From Octopus vulgaris (Eukaryota), in NCBI GenBank assembly GCA_951406725.2, contig OX597827.1:71982001-72046000 (forward strand): DNA of 64,000 bases, given 5' to 3'. Shown here one piece after another: positions 37,073 through 48,832 of the stretch (position 1 is the stretch's first letter; each line of letters starts with the position of its first letter). The notes under the pieces are model-generated. The model was not told the origin of the DNA. It saw only the letters and a list, made by a program, of their open reading frames with translations, and searched no databases. The position numbers and the translations under genes are program-made.

Positions 37073-38304
37073 CTGAAAAATAAGAATACACACATTTAAA
37101 TAAATGATTGTATCACCTGAGCAAAAAACATCAAATATTATTTATGTGGTGTCAAATAATTTTTGTATTCTGAGTAACAAAGAGTAAAGAATTGTCTGAA
37201 TACTTAAACAGGCCTAGTTTTGGCTTTTTTTTTTTTTCTTCTTTTTAAAGTGTACAATTATTTTTATGAAAAATAAAATTAAATATTATTCAAGCAATAA
37301 TTCTTATACACCAGGTATATTTTCTACTAAGCTTAGATCAAGCCAATGACGAAGCCGCTATCTAATCAGGTGACCGGTGAAATTAACAGCCAACTTGCTG
37401 GAAAAAGGAGGACACATTCAATTGGTCATGGTTGGAACAACTATACGTTCACCTGCTCCAATTAGTGATCTTAAGCTTCAACAATAAAACCTAACTCAGC
37501 TCAGATAAAATCAAATTAAAATTTTATATGAATAATTGATCTGAGGAATATTAAGGTAATCAACAACCATTTTTATAGAACAGTATAACAGCAATATACA
37601 TACATACATACACACACAGATCAGAGGAATATGGTGCAACATGCTGCTTTCTCACTGCTCTTAACTCACTCTACAGCCAGGTAATTGAGATTTATTTTTA
37701 TTCTTTAGTGTAAGATATTGTTGAATATTTTATACAAGACTTGGTCAAATAAAAGCTGTCAAATGTGAATATGTTCAGAATCATCATCGTTTAACATCTA
37801 CACTTTCCATGCTGGCATGGGCTGGATGGTTTGACTGAAGACTGGCAAACCAGAAGGTTGTACCAGGCTCCAGTCTGATCTGGCAAGGTTTCTACAGCTG
37901 GATGCCTTCCCTATCGCCAACCACTTCAAGAGCGAGGTGGGTGCTTTTATGTGCCACCGGCATGAGAGTCAGTCAGGCGGTTCTGGCAACGACTATGCTC
38001 AAAAGGTGTTTTTACGTGCTACCTGCACAGGAGCTAGTCCGGCAGCACTGGAAATGTCCATGCTCAAATGTTGTTTTTCATGCACCACTGGCACATGTGC
38101 CAGTAAGGCGACGCTGGCAATGATCATGCTTGAATGATGCTTTCAAGTGTTGCTGGCACGGGAGCCAATCCGTGGCCCTGGCAACAATCATGCTCAGATG
38201 GTTAACCAATATATTTGAACCAAAAGTTGTAGTGTGAAAAGGCAGAAATTATAGAATTTAGAGATAAAGATTTTTACTTATGACCAATGAGGATAAGAGC
38301 TTAC

Positions 38305-38371
38305 CTTTTGACGGCTAACATCTTTGATCCATTCTCTGACCAAATTATTAATTTTACTCAATACTTCCATA
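38305..38371 (-). CDS. PAPOLA: PAP exon (RMEVLSKINNLVREWIKDVSRQK)
   Basis: 67 nt, ccAG| ... |GTAAGC, in frame; homologous to LGKLNNLVKEWIREISESK. Confidence 0.95.
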
Positions 38372-39361
38372 CTGGTAGGAAAAACAAAATAAAATTTACA
38401 TGAAACAATACTCAACAGTTGAAATTGCATATATTAAACATTACTGCTACAAATATATTCAGTAGTGAAAAACTTAGAACAAGACACTATTTCACATTGC
38501 TTTAGGCCACCCCAGCTGGCAACAATGAGTTGTACCTGTATTTCAAAGGACCAGCCTTGTCACATTCCATGTCATGCTGAATCTCCCTGCATTAAGGGTA
38601 CTCGTGTCTGTGGAGTGCTCAGCCGCTTATATGTTAATTTCACAAGCAGGCTGGTTTCCTGATCGGATCAACTGGAAGCCAGTTAATGCTGCACATACAG
38701 TTCAATAAATATATCACAGTAGTCTTTCAGCTACAAGCTGAAGGATGTAGCTTTCACTGATCGTCATGATTCTAAGTTTCCTAAAAGTTTAATGATGAAG
38801 TGGTTAGCCATATTAAGATGGCTAGTATACTTTACGTTGTCGAGTGCTTACTGTTTACATCTCGCTCAGAGATTTATTATTGCTTAATGATGAAGTGATC
38901 ATTCAAAACAAGTGAGAAAGAGGAGAAAAGAAAGAAAGCAAACACTTATAATAAAACCTATTAATACACAAGTCATTCCTTCACTACAGTATAGGTCAGA
39001 CAAGTCTGTCAGTGTAGATGACATATTTAGATGATGTGCTGGAAAAATAACTCCCACTTCTCTTAACCACTTAATGCAAGAGAATATTTTTGTAATAATT
39101 GTTTTAAAAAATAAAATTGCAACCCATTAATAAAAACATAGAAAATAAATAATAGGACAAAATCTGTTTTTATTCCTGCACATAAAACTAGGTTAATTAC
39201 CAAACATATACGTATGTATGGAAGAATGAATAAATGAATGCATATCGGAATAGTCTTAATAGATTGTAAGGCTTTGTTTTAAGCAAAAAATTAACTACTG
39301 CTGTATTTCTCAATCCGTTTAGATCCACGTGTCCATCTGTTACAAGAAAAGCAATACTAAC

Positions 39362-39526
39362 CGATGATTAAGCTCCTCCTCAGTTTCAAAAACCCCATAT
39401 GGTCTAAGTGCTAACTCCAATTTGTGTGATAACTCCTGATCAGAACTTTTTGGACCTTCAAAACTGATTGGAGAAGTGATTCCCGGATATTGCTTCTCCT
39501 TCTCTTTCTCCTTTGGTTCCAACATC
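39362..39526 (-). CDS. PAPOLA: Poly(A) polymerase, first recognisable coding exon (MLEPKEKEKEKQYPGITSPISFEGPKSSDQELSHKLELALRPYGVFETEEELNH)
   Basis: Matches the PAP N-terminus (YGITSPIS...PFGVFEEEEEL). Acceptor tttcttAG|G ATG, donor CG|GTTAGT. ATG at 39525-39523. Confidence 0.93.
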
Positions 39527-42286
39527 CTAAGAAATAAAATAGAAAATTAGAGACATTGTGTTACTTCAAAGCAAAATTTATCAAACAGATTTTGTTTTCT
39601 TCTTTCACTGATATAAAAATAAAATAGAAAAACTATTTTACAATTGATTTAAACTATTGGTCGCCAAATAAATTTGTTCACATTTTATACTTATTTTTTT
39701 GGCTCCGTTATATTCTTGAGATGGAGTCTGTAGAATATTTACATTACTTTTGGGGATGTATATTTGTTTATTTACAAAGCTGTTCTTGTTATTTGTCTTA
39801 AATGAGGTAAACTTATTTTCAAATTTCAAATATGATACAAAAGTTGTAGAGGAAGAATAGAGCTGCAAAAGAAATATGCTACAATTAAAATATTTTTCCT
39901 GATAATTCAAAATAACATTGGAAAAGGGAAAAAAACGAATTTATTAGACAACCCAATAATTACATAATCAGGAGAGGCTAAATACTTTCACTGGACTGCA
40001 ATAGTGACCTCCTTAGGGTTTTTTTTTATCAATTCTTCACACAGGATAAGCTACACACAACAGAAGGTGGGTGCGGGCATGGCTATGAGGTTAAAAAGTT
40101 TGTTTTGCAATTATGTCTGTTCAATTCCAATATGTGACAACTTGGGCAATTTTGTTCAGGCATAGCCTTGGATTGACTGACCATTGTCTTGTGAATGGAA
40201 TTTGGTCAGTAGAAACTATGCAGAAGCCTATCACGTGAGCACATGGGTGAATGAACGTATGCCAATGCATGCAAAACAATAAGTATTCAATATGAAGTAT
40301 CAAGTCAATGAAGGGACATCAAAGTTTTTAGTTCACCCTGTAGTATTTAGATATCTTTCTATGACAATACCTAAGTGGACTGTATGGTTGCTCAACCTTC
40401 TAGAAATAGCAATCAAATCCCCTGCAAATAACATCTATATTATCCAATGTACATCATCATCCTCCTCCTTTCTTGAAAAAGAAAGAACCATTTGGTTATA
40501 CAGAAATATTTGATGTAGCAACTTAAACAAATCTACACTTGGTTCAAAAGAGACATACTTCAGGTAAGCCAAAACTCATAACAAGAACATCCATGTAAAT
40601 AAATAAATATACACAAAAAAATATCATAAAGAAAACCTGCAGACTCTATCTAAAGAATATGACTGAGCCTATAAAATAAATTTCATCTTACTGACAAAAA
40701 GACTGCAACCAGTCCCTTGGAAAGCCAAAATTATTTCTGATATAAAAAAAAATCAGTAAATGGTTTAAGTTTTACATCACTAACACTTTTTATACAACAA
40801 TTTATACAACAATCCCAAGACCCTCCAATTCCACATTTGGTAACTCCAAGTCTAGCACTCTTAAGCCTTGTGTGGATTTTTTTTCTTTCTTTTTAAATAT
40901 TTGCTTCATTGAGAGAGAAACGGAGATACTCATCACCCTTTCCAGACCCTCTGGAGGAAGTTATCAGATTGGCAACTGGCCCAAATGCTTGCAACGGAGT
41001 GGGCTACACTAAAGGAACTCGAGGACCAGGTGGTAATGTTGAACTTGGCAACAGATTGAGACCATCACTCACAAATATATCCATTATGCAGATGTTAGTC
41101 TTTGTTAATAAGGTTCTAGCTTACATGAGCACAGCTGATAGGATAAAGGAAAATAGTTCAGCATCACCTCACTTGTTTTCCTTTGTCAATGATCATTTCA
41201 ACATCATCATATAGGTGCAGGCATGGCTATGTGGTGGTAAGATGTTTGCTTCTCAACCACACAATGGGACTGAATCCAATCTCACTCCCCACAAAAAAAA
41301 AATCTACAGATGCAACAATTTCGGTACACATGTACAAGTCACACAAGTTCCTAGTTCTCACACAAAGTTTCCACCAACTATATCACTGCTTCAGAACTAC
41401 TGGGCTTTCAAAGTTTAACCAACATCAATGACTAAGCAACTGATATATCTACTATCTAACACGGATCATAATTTTAATGATTAGAATTCAAATCAAAATT
41501 CAGTACAGGGGAACCAACAGTATCTCCTCCTCCTCCCACCTCCTTGAGCCCTGGGATTTATTAGGCCAGTTACCTGGTTTCCACAGCATTATAAGTGACC
41601 GAAATCACAACATTCCCTTGAATAGGATGTTAGTCTGTCAACAATTTTGAAAACAAGTCAATTATATTCAACAAGTGCCTTATTTTACTGACCCCTGAAG
41701 GGATGAAAGGCAAAGTTGACCTCAGCAGGGCTTGAGCTCAGAATGTAAGGAACTGGAAGAAATGTTGCTAAGCATATTGTCTGATATGCTAACAATACTG
41801 CCACTCACCCTTTATCATATTGGCACTATCAGTTATGATGACAAGGGTTCCAGTTGACTCAATCAACAGAACAGCCAGCTTGTGAAATTAATGTGCATGT
41901 GGCTGAGCACTCCATAGACACGTGTACCTTTAAAGTAGTTCTCAGGGAGATTCAGCTTGACAGAGTCTGATAAGGCTGGCCCTTTGAAATACAGGTACTA
42001 CTCATTTTTGCCAGCTGACTGAGCTGCAGCATCATGAAAAATAAAGTGTCTTGCTCAAGGATACAATGCGTCACCAGGAATTGAACTCACTACCTTGCAA
42101 TTGTGAGCCAAATACCCTAACCACTAAGCCATGCGCCTTCACCCTTTATCATACACATTAGAGGGAAAGCATGAAAGCAATAAACATCTACTGTACATGA
42201 ACTAATGGCTAATATGATAATTTTGAATTAAATGAAATCAGAGCTTCACAAATTTACAGTTCTATATTTAAGAGATGAGGAATTAG

Positions 42287-42750
42287 GTACATTATTTACA
42301 TTTAACGGATATTTATCCTCATCTTGTTTGTTGATAACATAACGTTTCAGCTGATACACCCTCCAGCCTTCATCGAGTGTCTTGGGGAAATTTCGAACCT
42401 GGGTTCTCATTCCTAAGGTATTTTTCAATATTATTATTATTATTATTCAGGTCACTACCTGGAATCAAACTCGGAATCTTGGGGTTAGTAGCCCACGCTC
42501 TTAACCCCAAGATTCCAAGGGGCACATGGCATAGTGGTTAAGAGCACGGGCTATTAACACCAAGATTCCAAGTTCAATTCCAGAAAGTGACCTGAAAAAT
42601 AATAATAATAATATTGCAAAATACCTTAGGAATGAGGACCCAGGTTCGAAATTTCCCCAAGACACCTGATGAAGGCTGGAGGGTATATCAGCCGAAACAC
42701 GTTATCAACAAACAAGATGAGGATAAATATCCATCAAATGTAAATAATGT
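42287..42750. mobile_element. Inverted dimer of a tRNA-headed element carrying a Penelope-type hammerhead motif
   Basis: 42287-42506 is the approximate reverse complement of 42536-42750; A box TGGCATAGTGG, B box GTTCAATTCC, then GACAC-CTGATGA-A-GGCTG...CAGCC-GAAAC. Confidence 0.75.
42661..42706 (+). ncRNA. Minimal type-I hammerhead ribozyme-like motif (degenerate stem I)
   Basis: CTGATGA core 42666-42672, stem II GGCTG/CAGCC, GAAA 42694-42697. Confidence 0.6.
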
Positions 42751-43343
42751 TCACATATTTACTTGTTCCAGTTTTATCAATGCCAATGATAATGGAAAAA
42801 GCAAGACATACCAGGCAGGATTTGAATAACTGACATAGCAAAGTAGCTAACCTAAAGTAAATAATTTGAGTTCCTTTGTGTCAATTCTCCTATCCTAATA
42901 TCAATGTCACAAAAAGGGGTTAATACTGAATATTAGCTGAATACTGAATGACAATTTAACTGTATAATCTGCTAGGATTAGACATAACTTATGCTGAGAA
43001 TTCCATTCACATATATAAACAAATAAGTAGTAGTTGATAGCTACCAGACTAAAATACAATCTAGAATTAACACTTTCTACAACATCATCAGCATCATCGT
43101 TTAGCATCCGTTTTCCATGTTGGCATGGATTGCACAGTTTGACCAGATCTAGCACGCTGGAGAGCTGGAACAGGTTCCCGTCAGATTTGGCTTGGTTTCT
43201 ATGGCTGGATGCCCTTCCTAATGCCAACCACTTATCAGAATGTGCTGGGTGCTTATTACATGGCACTGACAGAGGTACTTTTTATGTGGCACCAGCACAG
43301 GTGCTTTTCACATAGCCTGGCACAAAACAAATAGACTGTATTC

Positions 43344-43427
43344 TGGCAGTGGAGAGGGATTTGAACACATACCTCCAAAGAGACTGGTGCCTTAAAATAG
43401 CCCCTTAGACTACTCGACTATACTACC
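43344..43427 (-). pseudogene. tRNA-Leu(AAG) pseudogene
   Basis: GGTAGTATAGTCGAGTAGTCTAAGGGGCTATTTTAAGGCACCAGTCTCTTTGGAGGTATGTGTTCAAATCCCTCTCCACTGCCA aligns end to end with metazoan tRNA-Leu(AAG); many CpG transitions break the stems. Confidence 0.85.
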
Positions 43428-43949
43428 AGCACTTTATTAATTCCTCATCACCAGTCAAAAGCATCCGGCCCACATTGTAAAGTAGTGGGCATTAGAAGGG
43501 AATGTGTAATTAATATTTGAAACAAACAAGCAGCCTGTACTGCCAGTGTTTTCTTAATAGGCATACTTTTCCGTCCTTTTCTAATTAGAGGTTATTTAGT
43601 GCTGCTGAGTACTCAGTCCAAGTAAAAAATTTAAAAAACTCAGAAATTTTGATGGCAAAGCAATGCATTGGCTATTAGTGTTAAAAGTCATCGAAAACTG
43701 AACCTATCTAGTGCAACACTAGAAGAGGTTAGTAACCTCTCTAGTGTTGAATCCATAATGAAAGGAACCCCATACACTCCAAAATGGTTAACAAATCAAA
43801 CAAACAATGTAGGGTTTACTCTTGTTGACAACATATGACGTTCTCTAGTGGTGGTGCCATGATATAAACACTAAATAGTGGTTGGTGTTAGGAAGGGCAT
43901 CTTGTGGAAACCATCCTTGAAGGACTCCTGCTAAGTCTTGCTTTACTGA

Positions 43950-44600
43950 CTGCACCTTCATACATGCCTTGCATACATGTCTCACAAGCCATGGCATTTC
44001 CTTAAACTAGCTGATTAATTAAGCAAGTAGTAACTAGAACATGACCTAGTTGGCCAGATTTTTTTCAGCAATGCAGCAATTATCTCTGGCAGTCCATTCA
44101 CTTTTCCTGCCTTCATATCATTAATTGCTCTTTCAGCTACATTACTGCGACTTGAATAACTAATCTCTTTGACGGGTCTACTTGGTATAGGACCTCTCTT
44201 TTCCACGCATTCCTCTTATTCAACAGCCATAGTATTTCTATGCCTGCTTCCTTTTTCGTACCAGTAAGGGAAAGTGTGGTGTTACCATTCCAAATACACT
44301 CCTCCTAAAGAATGGCTTGGTTGTAACACACTACCTTGCAATCCAAAACACCTTGTACTTTCAGGCCTTATATAACAGAACATGTGCAAACCTCTCACTT
44401 TCTGCTTCTTTCTTTTTAAGTATACCAAATACCTTGTTTCTCTTCTTGCTATTTGGAATTTCCCTCCGCTGTCCCCTTTTTTCCCCAGTCTTTCAAGCCC
44501 TACCTCTTAGCATCTAGGCTTCTCTTTCTCTACAGTATCATTCCATTATAATGTCCCCTTCTGTCTTGACAAGGGCTAGGTCTAATCCTCAGCAGAGTAT
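43950..44600 (-). mobile_element. Decayed RTE-like LINE ORF fragment
   Basis: VAERAINDMKAGKVNGLPEIIAALLK resembles the EVxxAIxxMKxGKAxGxxxIxxExLK pre-RT motif. Confidence 0.65.
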
Positions 44601-45637
44601 CATATACAAGCTCCCAATTGACTCAGTTGGCCCGTTTAATCTAATTAAGGTGCAAACTGTCAATATTTTAGCAGATACTGTTCAAAATTGTTTAAAAATT
44701 GCAAATTCGTCAATGTTTTCCAGTATTAAGCTTTTTCCATCTTACACACTGCTTCTTTTTGTCCCTTTAATAGTGGTTTCTGATCTTGGCACAAGGTCAG
44801 CAGTTTTGAAGGGAGCTGTTTAATCGATTCCATCAACCCCAGTATTTGACTGGTACTTTATTTAATGGTCTTGGAAGGAAGAAAGGCATCATCAACTCCA
44901 GTATTCAACCAGAAGAAATACCACTCAACGTTGTGTGTGATCTGTGTTTCTTTCAATTACATTAAATATAACAAAGAATTTCGTGAAATAACTTAGTTAT
45001 CATTAAACTAGTAATTTGAGAGGGGGAGTCAATTTCATCAACTCCAGTATTCAACCAGTACTTAAAAAACGAAAGGCAAAGTTAACCTCAGTAGGGTTTG
45101 AGCCCAGAATATAAAGAATCAGAAGTTGAGTTTAAAAAATGTTAATTTTCACTGAGACATTGCTTTGTCTTTATATAAGTTCAAGAATTAGTTTTAAAAT
45201 GTTCTCCCTTACTAGATGTGAGTAGCCGGGCAGATCCCTCTGCAGGAACCTGCACTGCTACCATCACCATCCTCAGTAATTCCCTCATCTCCTAGCATGA
45301 AACTGGACCCACCCATTCCCATCTTCCCAAGGTTCATAGTCCTGCAACTACATGGTGACCTCAACAGTGCAGATGGTACAAAAAAATAAAAACAAAAGCA
45401 CTCAGCCCACACTGTAAAGTGGTGGACATTAGAAGGGCATCTGGCTGTTAAAACCATACCAATGCAGACATTGGAGCTTGATGCAGCCCCTGAACACATC
45501 AGATCCTGTCAAACCATCCAATACATGCCAGCATGGAACGACAGACATTAAATAATTATGACTACAATTTTGCCAACTTACTGCTTTTGTCCCTTTAATA
45601 ACAAACCTAAGTGTGGGGAGTATATATATATAAAAAT

Positions 45638-45847
45638 AAGGCGGTGAGCTGGCAGAAACGTTAGCACGCCGGGCGAAATGCGTAGCTGTATTTCGTCCGC
45701 AGTTCAAATTCTGCCGAGGTCGACTTTGCCTTTCATCCTTTCGGGGTCGATAAATAAAGTACCAGTTACGCACTGGGGTCGATGTAATCGACTTAATGCC
45801 TTTGTCTGTCCCCTCTATGTTTAGCCCTTTGTGGGCAGTAAAGAAAT
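45638..45847 (+). mobile_element. Nin/Deu-like SINE
   Basis: Homologous to 1869-2099, with an internal deletion in the head. Confidence 0.88.
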
Positions 45848-47694
45848 ATATATATATATATATATATAAAAATGAAAGGAGCTGAAACACCAACAGATAA
45901 CATGAATTGTGATTCAGTGGCCATACACACAAACACATAAAACCCACCGTGGATGCAGAAATGATTAAATGATTTTAAGTTTGCTTTGCAACCATTTGGT
46001 CCCAATGTGTGACATCTTGGCTCTGTGTCTTTACCAGAGCCTTGGGATCAATCCAAGCTTTATAAGTGAAATCGGGGAGATGAAACCTATTGGACAGATT
46101 GTTCCTGTTAATTCAAAGGTCCAGTCTTGTCATACAATGTCAAGCTGAATCTGCTTGCTGCTTTACTCAGCCACTAAACATGCCAATTCAATGAGTAGGT
46201 TGGTTATTTTTTTTTTCAGAGCAACTAGAAGAAATCAACAAGAATTCATCATATATACTCTACACACACAAACACACAAAGGTAGATGCCTCAGTTGTAA
46301 TTTTGTGAATGGCAATTTATTTCTAAATCAGTACAAACTTTGTGTGTGTATGTGTGTGTGGACTTACACATGCATGTGTGTATGTGATTGCTGTCTTACA
46401 CCTTCTTCCTGGAAGGGAAGTAGATAAGCAAATAATAATGAACTTCTGCACTAAATAACCTCTAATTAGAGAAAAGGACAGAAAAGTATGCCTATTAAGA
46501 AAACAGTGGCGGTACAGGTTGCTTGTTTGTTTCAAATATTAAATTACACATAAAATACCTTAGTTTGACGGGATATTGGCATACACCAATGTTTGATAAG
46601 ACAATAGTTAATTAACCAATAATTGAAGCTGTGGTGGAAGGTGGGGGGGGGGTTAACACAAAACAAAATAAAATAAAGGTTTAGATTAGGCACAATATCA
46701 AGTTTATATACTTGACATAAATCAAACTGCTATTGGACTAGGCTTGTTTTAAGAATGAGCAAAGATTAAAATGTTTTAGACTATTGAGAGCTTTGGAAAT
46801 AAAAGACTGAGATCTACACGATAACCAACAGTTTGATCTCCAATCCCTCATTAGCTGTTTATTCCTAGATGCATATGAAGTTTCTATTCTTAATTTGTTG
46901 CACAGGTTGGACAAATATGTTTCATAACTAAATGCCTTTCTTGTTGAAGTTTTGTTCCATCAGCAGTTATGTCAGGCAACAAAGCACAGAACCATAGACA
47001 TTTTGCAAATCTTCCAATACAGACTATCTTAATGTCCTTTACTGCATTTTCTTTTTTTTTTTTTTTCATAACTCCAACCCTTCTGCATTTAAACCAGCCA
47101 TATCTGGCCTCTCACACCTACACTACAATGTACTTCTAAAAATAAACAAACACATTATATTGATCTTGAAGCTACAAGCTAATATATGATTAATTCATAA
47201 CAATGTAAACAAGAGCACTCAGAACGCAATCTTCTGCCAAGGCAACACCAACGTCCACTCAACGATTAGCTGGAGATGATTTTTAAAATGAGAATATCTA
47301 AAATAAACTCAACTGCTCTCACAAACGAGAATACTAAAAATGAACCCAACCGCTCTCAAAAAAAAAAAAACAAAAAAACTGGAAAAATAATCCAGAATCC
47401 TTGTCCGATACCAGATCAATCCCAAAATCTAATCAGTTTGTGCCAGTCACAAGGCCAAACATTCTTGAAAGTTTCATCCTAATCCATCCAGCGGTTCTTG
47501 AGATATCTTGTCCATGGACAAACAAACAAACACAACTGAAAACAATACTTCCACTTTCACTTAGGCAGAGGTAATAATAAATAAGCATTACATTCAACAG
47601 AGTAATCTGAAAGCTCAAGGGTTTAAAGTCTTTAGTCTCATCTAAAACAATCAGCATAATACTAATCCCTTTATCTGTCATTTTTTTTTTTCTT

Positions 47695-48060
47695 TTTCTT
47701 ATTTCAGTCATTTGACTGCAGCCATGCTAGGGCACTGCCTGGACAGTTAGTTGAACAGATTTGAGTCCAGCACTTACATTTTTTTAAGCTTGGTACTTAT
47801 TCTATCTTTCCCTTTTGCTGAACTGCTAAGTTACAGGGACATAAACGCACCAATACCGGTTGTAAAGTGGTGGTGGGGGACAAACACACACACAGACACA
47901 CATATATGGTAGGCTTCTTTCAGTTTCCATCTACCAAATCCACTCACAAGTCTTTGGTCAACCCAAGGTTATAGTAGAAGACACTTGCCCAAGGTGCCAC
48001 ACAGTGGGACTGAACCAGGAACTATGTGGTTGGGAAGAAAAATTTCTTAGCACAAAGCCA
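47695..48060 (-). mobile_element. CORE-like tRNA SINE
   Basis: Homologous to 6855-7260. Confidence 0.8.
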
Positions 48061-48799
48061 CATCAGATCTTTTCAGCTTGGTGTTTGTTCTCAAATATTC
48101 AAATTTGCATGCAGTATGCAATCTGAGAGACTTCAAGTCTGTTCTTGCTGAACCAATCCTATTACTTAGGATAGAACTAAGTCCTTCAAAGGAAGCTGGA
48201 TTCTTTGAGGCACCTCCAAGATCTTCATTTCTGTAATATTTATATCTGACAGAGTTGCATCTAACTTAGATGAAAGCTCATGTCTCCAATTTTAAACCTT
48301 TCAATATACTGAGTTCCTTATTATCAGATCAACTTTTAACCCTTTACCATTTAAGCTGGCCATATCGTGCTGGTGCCACATTAAAAAGCATCCATCCCAT
48401 ACACTGTAGAGTGGTTGGTGTTAGGAAGGGCATCCAGCTGTAGAAGCCATACAAGAACAGACAACAGCACCTCATGCGGACCCTGGCCCTACCAGCTCCA
48501 GTCAAACTATCCAGTCCATGCTGGCATGGAAAATGGATGCTAAATGATGACGATGAGGATGATCCAGCCAAAATATTCTAATTGTTTTATGCTCAAACCA
48601 GATAGGCTCAACCATCTATCTCTTCAGTTATTTGGATAACTGAAGAGATGGCAGCGTGAATTTCCACCTCGGCATCCGAAACTCAGAGTTTTATCTTGGC
48701 TACCGAATAATTGTCACATATTACATTTACAGATAAATTCCTCTATTTACATAATATCGAGGTCTCTTTCTTTCTTTTGTTATCTTACCGTTTTTATCA

Positions 48800-48832
<33 letters not shown>

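Noticed and set aside
38715-38900. Short hairpins and a repeated taatgatgaagtg in an intron (possible snoRNA or hammerhead)
   Set aside because: The C-box-like motif is antisense to the host gene and the hammerhead core is absent; probably a decayed repeat.
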